DNA of 64,000 nucleotides, taken from an uncultured bacterium. GTDB lineage: Bacteria; Babelota; Babeliae; Babelales; Vermiphilaceae. Below are positions 50,969 through 60,872 of the stretch, one piece after another. The DNA lies in the NCBI GenBank assembly GCA_963713925.1, contig OY970212.1, positions 352,001 to 416,000 of the forward strand, read 5' to 3'. Position 1 is the first letter of the stretch; the number at the start of each line of letters is the position of its first letter. A program made the position numbers and the translations under genes. The notes beneath the pieces are model-generated. The model searched no databases and was not told the origin of the DNA. It saw nothing but the letters and a program-made list of their open reading frames with translations.

Positions 50969-52066
50969 ATGTCGACTAAATTTAAACCTGTCTATGAGAT
51001 AAATTCGAATATCGCAAAAAGTTTAATGCGAATTGAGGCGGCCAAGCAGAAAGTCTTTTTCCTTCCGGTTAATCCGACCGTTTTGGCTTCTTTACGGGAA
51101 ACCGCAAAGTTATATACGACTCATTACTCAACCATGATTGAAGGCAATCGTTTGAGTGCCGAACAAATCAAAGAAGTGATTACACTGAATGGCCATTTTC
51201 CCGGGCGAGAACGGGATGAACGAGAAGTGAGGGGATATTATGCATCATTGGCACAACTTGAACAGTATGCGGCGCAACATCATCCAATTACAGAAGATAT
51301 TATAAAAGCTTTGCATGCATTAGTTATGAGTGACGGTCGAACCAAGGCGGAGCCGACACCATATCGCGATGGGCAAAATGTTATTAGAAATGGGGCGACG
51401 GGCGCAATTGTTTATTTGCCTCCTGAAGCAAAAGACGTCCCTGCATTGATGGGCGATTTAGTCTCGTGGATTGCAGAGAGCAAGGATATTCCGGTTCCAA
51501 TTGTAGCAGCTATCGCGCATTATCAATTTGCAACTATTCATCCTTATTATGATGGCAATGGTCGCACTGCTCGACTATTGACCACACTGATTTTACATGT
51601 GGCGGGATATGGCTTGAAAGGGCTTTATTCTTTGGAAGAATATTATGCCAAGAATTTATCCGCATATTATCGTGCGATTAGTGTCGGACCTTCACATAAT
51701 TACTACCTCGGTCGGGCCGAGAGCGATATCACCGGTTGGGTAGAATATTTCATTGAGGGGATGGCTTTTGCTTTTGAGAAAGTTATTGATCATATGACTA
51801 CAGCTCAACGCAAGGGGGGAAAAGACCACTCTGTTCTTATGAGGACGTTAGACCCTCAACAGCGGAAGGCATTGGAGTTGTTTCAAAATTATGCGGTTGT
51901 TACGAACAGTCAGATTGGAGAACTGCTTGGATTTAATCCTCGGATTGCCAATGCATTATGCAAAAAGTGGGTCGAAACCGGCTTTTTGGAAATCGTTGAT
52001 CCGTCGAAAAAAGCACGAAAATATAGGTTGTCCGAACCGTATGAAGCTTTGATTGGTAAAGAATGA
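50969..52066 (+). CDS. Fic family protein with C-terminal HTH
   Basis: STMIEGN inhibitory-type motif; HPYYDGNGRTAR. Confidence 0.92.
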   Translation: MSTKFKPVYEINSNIAKSLMRIEAAKQKVFFLPVNPTVLASLRETAKLYTTHYSTMIEGNRLSAEQIKEVITLNGHFPGRERDEREVRGYYASLAQLEQYAAQHHPITEDIIKALHALVMSDGRTKAEPTPYRDGQNVIRNGATGAIVYLPPEAKDVPALMGDLVSWIAESKDIPVPIVAAIAHYQFATIHPYYDGNGRTARLLTTLILHVAGYGLKGLYSLEEYYAKNLSAYYRAISVGPSHNYYLGRAESDITGWVEYFIEGMAFAFEKVIDHMTTAQRKGGKDHSVLMRTLDPQQRKALELFQNYAVVTNSQIGELLGFNPRIANALCKKWVETGFLEIVDPSKKARKYRLSEPYEALIGKE

Positions 52067-52505
52067 AAGATATGAAATTATGTTATTGAATAGAGCCCAG
52101 ATACAAAATTTCGTTGAAGAACGTTATTGTAAGCGTGGACAGGAATATTATAGAGACGGCATGATTAAGATGCTTTCTTCTGACAAAGAAAGTGTTAAAG
52201 CTTGGGTGGTTGGTGAGAATATCTATTCGGTGACATTAATTTTAAAGAATGGAAGGCTTTCGGGCGATTGTTCTTGTATTGCTTTTTCCGATTATGGACC
52301 TTGTAAGCACATAGCCGCGACAGGATTTGCAATTATTGATTATAATCAAGGTTTGTATGAGCCATCGGAAGAATGTGTCGAACGCATTGAAGAATATCAT
52401 GAGTTTGAAACAATTCTGCGTAGAAAATCAAAAGAACAATTGATAAAAATGATTATTCAGATGCAGACTGCGTATCCTGATATTATTCATGAATACTTTG
52501 AATAA
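52053..52505 (+). CDS. SWIM zinc-finger protein
   Basis: RG..YY, CSC..CKH; probable start at 52080. Confidence 0.8.
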   Translation: MVKNERYEIMLLNRAQIQNFVEERYCKRGQEYYRDGMIKMLSSDKESVKAWVVGENIYSVTLILKNGRLSGDCSCIAFSDYGPCKHIAATGFAIIDYNQGLYEPSEECVERIEEYHEFETILRRKSKEQLIKMIIQMQTAYPDIIHEYFE

Positions 52506-52570
52506 ACCTTTAAAAGGCTGGTCTGCCAGCCATTTCTCTGAGAAGATCGAATTTTCTAGAAATTGCCCAG

Positions 52571-52912
52571 GCTACGTTCTTACTTTCGAGGTTAAACCTT
52601 CCAGCCGTCGCTCTTCGAGCTATGGCGGACGCAGCAGGAAGTATTAAGCTTCGCAGGACAGCCTACACTTGTTCTACAGATGTTAACAGTTCTACCTTTG
52701 AGGGTGGCGTAGCATGCCGATCCTAAAGGTCCGGATAAGCGCAAGTATATTGATTGGTCCAGTCCGTGCTACGCTATTACTCCGAAGTAAATCCTCAGGA
52801 AGTATTGAGCTTCGCAGGACAGGATTCGCACTTGTGCTATCAATATCAATCATCCTACCTTAGCTTTAGCTACTGGCAGTGCCAGGCGTAGCCCTTTATG
52901 GGCGAAGCCTGG
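52571..52912. repeat. Cluster of nested family C hairpins
   Basis: CAGGAAGTATT(A/G)AGCTTCGCAGGACAG occurs twice; CGTAGC/GCGAAG stems. Confidence 0.6.
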
Positions 52913-53001
52913 AGGAGAGAGGGGGATTCGAACCCCCGATACCCCTCTCAGGGTATAACGGTTTTCAAGACCGCCGCAATCAACCGCTCTGCCATCTCTC
53001 C
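52910..53001 (-). tRNA. tRNA-Ser(TGA)
   Basis: GGAGAGA/TCTCTCC acceptor stem, CTTGAAA loop, long variable arm, GTTCGAATC, CCA. Confidence 0.95.
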
Positions 53002-53148
53002 AATATCAAAACTTCGCTATGCTCCGTTTTGATGCAGTAATGTTCGGAATTTTTCAAAGGCCTTAAAATGAATATTGTTTTTGTAATTTCATTGATTGGC
53101 CGCGCCAGGCGTAGCTTGCCGAGGAGGAAGCCCCGGATAAGCGAAGAC

Positions 53149-53225
53149 TGGTGCGCCTATAAGGAGTCGAACCTTAAACCTTCAGATCCGTAGTCTGACG
53201 CTCTATCCAATTGAGCTATAGGCGC
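53149..53225 (-). tRNA. tRNA-Arg(ACG)
   Basis: GCGCCTA/TAGGCGC acceptor stem, CTACGGA loop, GTTCGACTC, CCA. Confidence 0.95.
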
Positions 53226-53330
53226 ATACATTTCAAGATTTCAAATCATTCCAGGGAGCTTATTAAGCCTTTGCGAAGGATGGGACCTAAGCATAAAGCT
53301 GGCCTGTCAGTCATTTCCTGCGGAAATGAC

Positions 53331-53423
53331 TGGCGGAGAGGGAGGGATTCGAACCCTCGCGTCCGGTTTTACCCAAACTCTTGCTTAGCAGGCAAGCGCT
53401 ATAGACCACTCAGCCACCTCTCC
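53331..53423 (-). tRNA. tRNA-Ser(GCT)
   Basis: GGAGAGG/CCTCTCC acceptor stem, CTGCTAA loop, long variable arm, CCA. Confidence 0.95.
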
Positions 53424-53554
53424 CTAAAATGTCAAAAGTATGGTATTAGAATAAAGTATTTCATATTTTATGCAATTGTTTTTCTTCTATTTCTCTGTGA
53501 AAATCATGTATTTTCATTAGCAAGGCTAACAGTAAAATTTTGATTTAAACCCCA

Positions 53555-53731
53555 AATAAGGGCCCCAAAAAGTAGCGCGAGCGAAATTTTGGGTAAGAAT
53601 AAGGGGTTCCCAAAAAGTAGCGCGAGCGAAATTTTGGGTAAGAATAAGGGGTTCCCAAAAAGTAGCGCAAGCGAAGTTTTGGGTAAAAATAAGGGCCCCA
53701 AACGCAATAAACATGAAGTTTGGGTATTATA
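53555..53731 (+). repeat. Tandem array of four family B hairpins (period about 45 bp)
   Basis: GGGTA at 53591, 53636, 53681 and 53722; first three units nearly identical. Confidence 0.85.
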
Positions 53732-53742
53732 TAAGGCTCATT

Positions 53743-54027
53743 GTGATCATAGAAATTAAGGTAGTTCCCTCAGCTGGAAAACAGGGCTTTAAGCTCGATA
53801 AAGCCGATAGGCTGGTCTGCTATTTAAAAAGTGCCCCCGAGCGGGGGTTAGCGAACCATGAATTGGTCTCCCAGCTTTCCAAAGCACTTAAAATTCCACA
53901 AGCAAAAATAACCATTGTTTCAGGGCAAACATCGCGCACTAAGAGAGTCTCGATTGATGCAAAGCTAGAATATGTCGACATTCTTGCTTTGTTGGGCATA
54001 GAGCCACAGCTCTCATTGCTGAAATAG
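53743..54027 (+). CDS. DUF167/YggU family protein
   Basis: IKVVP, APERGLANHEL, IVSGQTSRTK. Confidence 0.88.
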   Translation: MIIEIKVVPSAGKQGFKLDKADRLVCYLKSAPERGLANHELVSQLSKALKIPQAKITIVSGQTSRTKRVSIDAKLEYVDILALLGIEPQLSLLK

Positions 54028-54110
54028 AATATGTGCAACTATTGAATTTTATGTGTGTATTTTGTTACACTTATTTATGGAGTTATATAATAAAAAATGA
54101 GAGGGTTATA

Positions 54111-54587
54111 ATGAAAAAATTCTTAATAATAATCACTTCTATAGTAATGATTTCCGGATCAATTTATGGCCGTACTGTGAGCGCCGATACTAATGATAAG
54201 TTTGGTAAGCTCAGCGAGCTGAAACAGAAGCTTGAATACGCACGGGACTGGAAAAATTCTGTATTGGAAAAATATGCATCTTATAGAAATTCGAGCCCTG
54301 GCATTTTTGGAGCAGCTCCCCAGCCGGCTAATCCTTTTGCAAAGATCGTAGCAGCCGCGAAAGCTGTGAGTGCTTTTGGGGGAGTTCCGACTCCGAATTT
54401 TGGAACAGCATCGGCGGTGAATATGTTTGGGCAACCGACACAACAGCCACAAAAGCAAGCTGGAGAAGATGAAAAGGAAAAATTTCGAGAAGAAGCTTTT
54501 AAAGAATATGAGGCAGCTGAAGCTAATTTGAAAAAAGTGACTGAAGAGTATCATGCTGCATTAAAAGAATTTTTCATGGGAAGCTGA
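54111..54587 (+). CDS. Secreted protein with FG-containing low-complexity segment
   Basis: Signal peptide; IFG, AFG, NFG, MFG between helical segments. Confidence 0.7.
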   Translation: MKKFLIIITSIVMISGSIYGRTVSADTNDKFGKLSELKQKLEYARDWKNSVLEKYASYRNSSPGIFGAAPQPANPFAKIVAAAKAVSAFGGVPTPNFGTASAVNMFGQPTQQPQKQAGEDEKEKFREEAFKEYEAAEANLKKVTEEYHAALKEFFMGS

Positions 54588-54617
54588 GAACCCTGAGAAT
54601 CAGTTATTTAATCATTA

Positions 54618-54661
54618 TGGGCTTGCAATTGAAAAAACATTGCGAGCCCATCTTCTTTTTT
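54618..54661. terminator. Terminator between convergent genes
   Basis: TGGGCTTGCAAT/ATTGCGAGCCCA stem plus T-rich tail. Confidence 0.6.
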
Positions 54662-54700
54662 GTTACCGATAAATACAACACCCGTTTCGTATGGCTTTTT

Positions 54701-55690
54701 TCAAATATCTTTTTTAGCTCCGTATGTTTCAAATAACATGTGTCGCAATGATGTTCGAGTCGCTTGAAGTCGAGCTAACTCTTCCTCAGGCAGCTCATAA
54801 ATAAACGGACGAATTTGCTTTCCAACAGGTAAGCCATATTTTACAGCTTTTTCGGTGGCTATTTGGCTATATTCCATGACCCGAACTGCTGCATCCACTT
54901 TTTGCGCGAAAGATAAAGGTTGCGCCTGGTTTGCAAGTGCGGATTCATTAGTTTGGTTCGATGATCCGGCAGCACATATTGCTGCTGCTCCAGCTGCGCT
55001 GGTTGGTATTGTAGTAGAAGGAGCGGTAGCGGCTGGTGCGGCCGAAAGGGCTGCGGCCTTCAGATACGCCATGCCAGCTGTGATTTTTACCGCGAGAAGG
55101 GATCCGGGAAACAATATCGGTATGAGCACAACGCTTCCTCCAATGACAACCGTCGTAACGCCAAGACCGATTAACACTTTTGTTTTTGTTGAATATCTTT
55201 GTTCTATCTTTTTTTGTTCGTTTAACAAGCGGATTATTTCGCGAAATTCTGACCTCATTTGTTCCATTTGTTCGATTCCCGCAACTCGTAAGTATGATTT
55301 TGTAAGTGATGTACATGCGCAGGGCAGATCATTTTCTTTTGTGTCGAAAGCATTATCGACAAGGCATTGCTTAAAATATCGTTCAATTTTCAGGATCTTT
55401 ATTCGTCGTTGGATACATTCAAACGACAGGCGTTGGTTTTCATTTGGAGCAAGATAAGGTTGAGCTTCTGACCAAACGTTTGCAAACGTATTCAATACAT
55501 AGAGACCACAATTGCTTGCATGTATAATTTTATGAGTTTCGTGAAGCTGATCCCAAAAAGCTTTTTGGGGATTAGCTTCTTGCCGATTCTGTTGCTCAGT
55601 ACAGGAATTGCCGGAAGCTGGCTTTTTTTCTTGTGTTCCACACGCATAAAAACCGATACATACGATCGATAAAATTAATTTTATTCGCAT
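54701..55690 (-). CDS. Exported hypothetical protein, possible lipoprotein, with TM segment
   Basis: FYAC leader; hydrophobic segment; Cys motif shared with next gene. Confidence 0.65.
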   Translation of the reverse strand: MRIKLILSIVCIGFYACGTQEKKPASGNSCTEQQNRQEANPQKAFWDQLHETHKIIHASNCGLYVLNTFANVWSEAQPYLAPNENQRLSFECIQRRIKILKIERYFKQCLVDNAFDTKENDLPCACTSLTKSYLRVAGIEQMEQMRSEFREIIRLLNEQKKIEQRYSTKTKVLIGLGVTTVVIGGSVVLIPILFPGSLLAVKITAGMAYLKAAALSAAPAATAPSTTIPTSAAGAAAICAAGSSNQTNESALANQAQPLSFAQKVDAAVRVMEYSQIATEKAVKYGLPVGKQIRPFIYELPEEELARLQATRTSLRHMLFETYGAKKDI

Positions 55691-56505
55691 GAATGTTTTT
55701 GTTTGGCTATATCGAATGATGCTTTTTCCTGATTAAAAAGGGCGGTCCCAAAGGCTTTTAAAAAAGCAGTGGATTGTTCCTTGCAACTTTTTGGAAACCC
55801 GTTGTCACCTAAATGTTCATACTGATGTTCTCCGAGGCATTCATTAAAAGCTTCGATTACATCCATTCTTTTTATGTCGGCTAAACATTCTTTTTTGTGC
55901 TTTATTTCTTCTTCAGTGGGCGCCTTGGGATAAAATTGGCGGTAGGCCCATCGGCCAAATTGATATGTTTTTTCAGCAACATTCGCTCCATCTGAAGCTA
56001 TAGCTATAACTTTATGCGTCGTATCAAGCGTTTCTTTGCTTGTCATATAATCAACATATTTTTTGAGAGAGCCGGTGGTTTCTTCGGTTGATTGAGCTGT
56101 TTCCTGACTCGATTGAGCAATTTGTTCAGTCGATTGAGCTATTTTTTGATTTACTACAAGGATGTCTTGTTGCTTTTTTATGAGCTTGATTTGAGTTATA
56201 TTGATATTATTGCATGTTTCGTTAGATTTGGTTGCCAATTCGGTTAATTTTTCATTTTGATCTTTAATTTGAGCATCTTTTGTTTTGCTATTCTCTTTTT
56301 CAACTTCGTTTTCTTTTTGTAATTTATCACATTGCTTTTTTGCCGCTTCTCCTTCTCCGTGACTTATCAAGAAATTAGTAATAGCTTTTCCTCCGCAAGC
56401 ATTCCATGCCAATTCTGCAAAAGTCGTTTGTTCAGTTGGTTGGTTGTCCGGCGAGGCATTCGTTATAGAGATGAAAAGTAGTGCGAAAAATAGAGTTTGT
56501 TTCAT
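55681..56505 (-). CDS. Secreted coiled-coil hypothetical protein
   Basis: AAGGA RBS; signal peptide; IAQS heptad repeats. Confidence 0.7.
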   Translation of the reverse strand: MKQTLFFALLFISITNASPDNQPTEQTTFAELAWNACGGKAITNFLISHGEGEAAKKQCDKLQKENEVEKENSKTKDAQIKDQNEKLTELATKSNETCNNINITQIKLIKKQQDILVVNQKIAQSTEQIAQSSQETAQSTEETTGSLKKYVDYMTSKETLDTTHKVIAIASDGANVAEKTYQFGRWAYRQFYPKAPTEEEIKHKKECLADIKRMDVIEAFNECLGEHQYEHLGDNGFPKSCKEQSTAFLKAFGTALFNQEKASFDIAKQKHSCE

Positions 56506-56543
56506 ATTGATTTCCTTTAATTAGATTTTGTCCTGCTTGTTGT

Positions 56544-57029
56544 TTACTGATTAATTTTGATTAAATGTTCACCGAGTTCCTCTATTTCTTTCATAATGAG
56601 TTCAAGTTCATCAAGCATTTCTTTCAATCGTTCCGTATCAAGCGCATACTTGATTTGAAAAAATTTTAAAAAAATAGTTTTGTTTCCGAGCTCTTCATAG
56701 AACTTGTCATTAGTGAGTAATCCATTTTCTTGGGTAATTGTTTGCAAGGCTTTTAAAAAATCAGAATTTTTTTTCATAGCTAGATCAAACACTGCGTCGT
56801 CTGAGATTTGTGAGGCTCCTTTCTCTAGTATATTTTGTTTGATCATTGACTCTAATAACACTAGATACTCAATGAAATTTTTATCCATTTCAATCGCCTG
56901 TCGTGATAATACGAGTATTTTCTCGCTTAACTGGTAAGCTCTTTGTTTCTTTTCCTTTAATTGATCTTGTATTGAAGCAAGCATTGTTGACGCACATAAT
57001 AATGCGCCGGCAAGCATGATGTTTTTCAT
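56544..57029 (-). CDS. Secreted helical hypothetical protein
   Basis: GAGG RBS; signal peptide. Confidence 0.7.
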   Translation of the reverse strand: MKNIMLAGALLCASTMLASIQDQLKEKKQRAYQLSEKILVLSRQAIEMDKNFIEYLVLLESMIKQNILEKGASQISDDAVFDLAMKKNSDFLKALQTITQENGLLTNDKFYEELGNKTIFLKFFQIKYALDTERLKEMLDELELIMKEIEELGEHLIKINQ

Positions 57030-57463
57030 GATGACCTCGTAGAGTATGAAACGTGAATAAATGAAATGTTTCGATGGGAAAATATGATTTTGTGAAAAAT
57101 TAGTATGAGTTGAGAATCATGGAAAGACTCCGCTGAAATATGGTTGATGTATAATTATCGCACTGCTTGCTTCATTTCACGGATTTTAAAAGAATCTACA
57201 AAATTCATTGTCTCATGTCAAAACCGTAATCTCGGCTTTCAACAGTTGCACGATCGACTTCTTTTTTGTTACCTATAAATATAACGAAACATTTCATTTT
57301 TATTGGGTTCTCAATTTGGGTCCCAAAATGTAATTGGGTCCCAAGTGCAGGGACCTGTACTTCATAGCTCGAAGAGCGAAGTAGTAAGCGTATCGGGTCC
57401 CAATCGAAATGAAAATGCAGATTGGTTAAAAACTTGGGTATAATAACATGGAGTTTGGGTAAA

Positions 57464-58279
57464 ATGACGATACATTCAATCAAACACGGCTTTTATGCCG
57501 GTATTCGAGCATTTAGATTATTATTAGGCAACTCGCATACGCGCACGGTCTTTTCAATTGGGTTATTGGTGCTTTCTGCGGCATTTTCATTTCCAGTCAT
57601 GATGTTGATCACAAAATTTTCTGCTCTGACTATAACTTTCAATCTCACTTCGGGCAGCATCATTTGGATGATATTAAAATCGATTTTCGCCATGATCACC
57701 TTTGTAGTATTTTCGCTTCTGTGGAGTATTTTGATTGTTGAATCAGTGCTGCATCCCGAATTGAGCATTCGAAAACTGTTTTCAACAAGCTTACCAGTAG
57801 TTTTGTCAGGCTTAGGGTATGCGGCTGTAAAAGCAGTTGCCATGCTGATTTTAGCTCCGCTGTATGCCATTTCATTTGGTCTGTTTCCGGTGATCCATTT
57901 TTTTGTCAATTACCTGACTTCGTTCTTTTTCGTGCAGGTAGTTGACGAGCGCACTCTTTTTATCGATACCAAAAAATATGAGCAATTGATCAAGCACAAC
58001 CTCGCCGATTATTTTGGCGTGTGGTTATTCAGCTTCATTGTGGGAACAGTTATTGTATTTATCGCAAGTCTTGTGGGATTGTCTCTTGCGGGAGTCATAC
58101 TCGAATATCAATTTTCTTTCTTGGCTTTGTTGACCAATTCGCTTTTTCTTTTTGTTGCGGCATTTAGTTTTCTTTTCACATTCCTTGTCGCGTCGACCGT
58201 TGATTTGGTAGGAGTTTGCTTGTTGTATAAAGATGAAAAAGATGAGAAGCCTCAATTAGAGCAGAATTACACGAAATAA
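57464..58279 (+). CDS. Multi-TM membrane protein, paralog 1
   Basis: About 6 TMs; HSIKHGF N-terminal motif. Confidence 0.7.
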   Translation: MTIHSIKHGFYAGIRAFRLLLGNSHTRTVFSIGLLVLSAAFSFPVMMLITKFSALTITFNLTSGSIIWMILKSIFAMITFVVFSLLWSILIVESVLHPELSIRKLFSTSLPVVLSGLGYAAVKAVAMLILAPLYAISFGLFPVIHFFVNYLTSFFFVQVVDERTLFIDTKKYEQLIKHNLADYFGVWLFSFIVGTVIVFIASLVGLSLAGVILEYQFSFLALLTNSLFLFVAAFSFLFTFLVASTVDLVGVCLLYKDEKDEKPQLEQNYTK

Positions 58280-58294
58280 ATCAAAGGGTTCATA

Positions 58295-59131
58295 ATGGCA
58301 AATTCAATCGGTAATGGCTTTAGAGTTAGCTTTCGATCATTAAAAGAGATTGTAAAGAGCTCAACATTTTATTGGATGGTCGGCATTTTTTTTCTGTTGT
58401 CTGTGGTAGCGATTCTTTTGACAAAAGAGATTGGATTCCATTTTCCTTCAATTGTTGAGGCTATAAGAAACTCAAATTCTTATTTTGAAGTAATTGAAAG
58501 TTTTAAAATGCTATCTTTTTTTAAAAATAGTGAAAATTTAAAAAATACGGCGGTCCTAATGCCATCAGTTCTTTTAATCGGTGTTATGGCTTCATTTTTG
58601 TCGCTGATATATTCTCGGATTCTCATTAATAAAGCACACGGCAAAAAGGGAATACCTACGGATGATATTATAAAGTTTCTCTTTTTTGCAATTCCGGTGA
58701 GTTTGGTTGTGGGAGGACTGAATGCATTGATCGGATTGATAGATCTTTCATCGATTGGGTTAGCAATCGGTAGCAGCATACTGCGGTTTGTCCTTCGATT
58801 CATTGTATCGATTTTATCATCATTTTATTTGGTGTTTGTTGCTGCCGAACATCGTCTTTTTATTTCGTGGAAATTATTTTTTACTACCATTTCAACCAAC
58901 ATATTGAATTATGTCGGTTTTAGATTATTTGTTATTGTGGCAGTGACTTTATATACAGTCATCTTATCTTTAATAGGCATCAGAATATTCTTGGGCTTGA
59001 ATTTGCATAACTCTCCAAATGCAGTTTTATATGCGGGAATAGGCGTTTCATTTTTAATCGCACCGTTGAGCTTTTTCGTAGCGCATGTTTTAACCCGCTT
59101 CTATCTTGAATCAAATAAATATAGAGGCTAA
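58295..59131 (+). CDS. Multi-TM membrane protein, paralog 2
   Basis: MANSIGNGF; clearly similar to the next gene. Confidence 0.75.
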   Translation: MANSIGNGFRVSFRSLKEIVKSSTFYWMVGIFFLLSVVAILLTKEIGFHFPSIVEAIRNSNSYFEVIESFKMLSFFKNSENLKNTAVLMPSVLLIGVMASFLSLIYSRILINKAHGKKGIPTDDIIKFLFFAIPVSLVVGGLNALIGLIDLSSIGLAIGSSILRFVLRFIVSILSSFYLVFVAAEHRLFISWKLFFTTISTNILNYVGFRLFVIVAVTLYTVILSLIGIRIFLGLNLHNSPNAVLYAGIGVSFLIAPLSFFVAHVLTRFYLESNKYRG

Positions 59132-59166
59132 TTTCGTGATTAATTTAATCAGTAAAGGAGTTTTTT

Positions 59167-59976
59167 GTGGCAAATTCAATTGGCAATGGCTTTCGAGTTA
59201 GCTTTCGATCATTAAAAGAAACGATAAAAAGTTCGACATTTTATCAGTTAAGTGCCATTTTCATATTTTTGTCTTTAGTAGCTCTTTTTTTATCAAAAGG
59301 TCTGGTACCGCTTTTCCCTTCAATTTCAGAATTTATAACCTCAATCTCATATTTTCAAAGAATTGAAAATCCAAGCAGGTTTGTCTACCTTTTTCCAGCG
59401 CTATTTTTGATTGTTTTTATAACGACATTTTTATCATTGGTCTATTCACGTATCCTTATTAATAATGCACAAGGTAAAAAAGGGATAGATGCTAAAGATA
59501 TTATTCGGTTTATTTTCTTGGCAATTCCGGTAGTGCTCATTGTAGGGGGCGCCCCAGTTTTGATCGGGATGATTACTGCTCCGATTGTTGGTTCAGCGGC
59601 TGGCGGTAGAATAATAGAAATGATCCTTAAATCTACCGTAACAATTTTATCATCGTTTTATGAGGTATACGTTGCAGCCGAGCGTCGTCTGTTTGCCTCA
59701 TGGAAATCATTTTTTGTTACTGTTTCTAATAACATATTAAACTATATTGGTTTTTCTCTGTTTGCTGTTGTGGCGATATTTTTTATAGAACTAATTTTGA
59801 TCTTATTAGCAGCCGGAATATTTTTGGGATTAAATTTGCATAATTCTCCAAATGCAATTCTATATGCAGTAATAGGTATCATTTTTTTAATTGCGCCGTG
59901 GGTTTTTTTTGGAATTCACGTGTTGACTCGCTTTTATCTTGATTCAAACAATTATCGTGGTGAATCTCGTGGTTAA
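59167..59976 (+). CDS. Multi-TM membrane protein, paralog 3
   Basis: GTG start after AAGGAG; MANSIGNGF. Confidence 0.75.
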   Translation: MANSIGNGFRVSFRSLKETIKSSTFYQLSAIFIFLSLVALFLSKGLVPLFPSISEFITSISYFQRIENPSRFVYLFPALFLIVFITTFLSLVYSRILINNAQGKKGIDAKDIIRFIFLAIPVVLIVGGAPVLIGMITAPIVGSAAGGRIIEMILKSTVTILSSFYEVYVAAERRLFASWKSFFVTVSNNILNYIGFSLFAVVAIFFIELILILLAAGIFLGLNLHNSPNAILYAVIGIIFLIAPWVFFGIHVLTRFYLDSNNYRGESRG

Positions 59977-60775
59977 TTCAATAGGTAACGGAATCAAGAT
60001 TGCTTTTGAGGCGATCAAGCTTGTTTTCACGCGCTGGTACACTTATCTTATTGCAGTTCTTTACGCTGCGGCAGCATATATTCTTGCCGAGCTTATGATT
60101 TACATTGAAAAATATTACCGAATGCAACAGCATCCACATTTATTTCAAGGAATTGAGGGCTTTGGCTTTGATACATATTTCGATGTTTTCGCATCTATTT
60201 TCAAAAGAGGTTTGTGGATAGGGAGTATTAAAGTTTTGATGGTACCAGCTCTGATATTTTTTATTGATGCAATCATGAGTCAATATCGTCGGGAGCCGAT
60301 TTCGTGGAGCTCTTTGATATTAAAAATTTTTAAATATAGCATGTATTCAATACCGATAATGATACTATGGACAGCCGCATCACTATTAATTTTTGACGTG
60401 CTTGGTGATACTATTTTTTTTAAGCTTCTGCCAATATTGGTAGCGACTTTTCTTGGTTTTTACGTTGCCGCAGCGATTGATTCTAAGAAAATTTTTGTGC
60501 CTGTATCAGAATATCTGCATATCTTGAAATCTAATTTTTTTAATTATTGTGGATTTCTTTTAATTTGGTTGCCCTTTGATAGATTTCTTTCCTTTGCTGA
60601 AATGAGGATAATGGATTTTCTTATCAAGAACGAATTAATAGTTAGTTTTTTTGGGCTATCAAGATTTTTGTTTTTATTTATTAGTTTCAGCACATCATTT
60701 TTTATCCTGTGTGCGGCAATAACGCTCATGTATCTATGCACACCGAAAGAATCTCATGATCAATTCAATCGGTAA
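59969..60775 (+). CDS. Multi-TM membrane protein, paralog 4
   Basis: GTG start giving MVNSIGNGI. Confidence 0.7.
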   Translation: MVNSIGNGIKIAFEAIKLVFTRWYTYLIAVLYAAAAYILAELMIYIEKYYRMQQHPHLFQGIEGFGFDTYFDVFASIFKRGLWIGSIKVLMVPALIFFIDAIMSQYRREPISWSSLILKIFKYSMYSIPIMILWTAASLLIFDVLGDTIFFKLLPILVATFLGFYVAAAIDSKKIFVPVSEYLHILKSNFFNYCGFLLIWLPFDRFLSFAEMRIMDFLIKNELIVSFFGLSRFLFLFISFSTSFFILCAAITLMYLCTPKESHDQFNR

Positions 60776-60830
60776 CGAAATGATAGTAAGCCTCTTCCTC
60801 AATTATTATAATTGTCGAGATTGGAAAGAA

Positions 60831-60872
60831 GTTCGTATGGTTCGACTTCGCTATGCTTCGCTCACCACGAAC
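60831..60872. repeat. Solo family A repeat
   Basis: GTTCGTATGGTTCGACTTCG...CGCTCACCACGAAC matches 2265-2306 apart from the loop. Confidence 0.85.

Noticed and set aside
53211..53543. 110-aa ORF
   Set aside because: Antisense to the tRNA genes.
53555..53731. CRISPR array
   Set aside because: Units are head-to-tail without unique spacers, and no cas genes are present.
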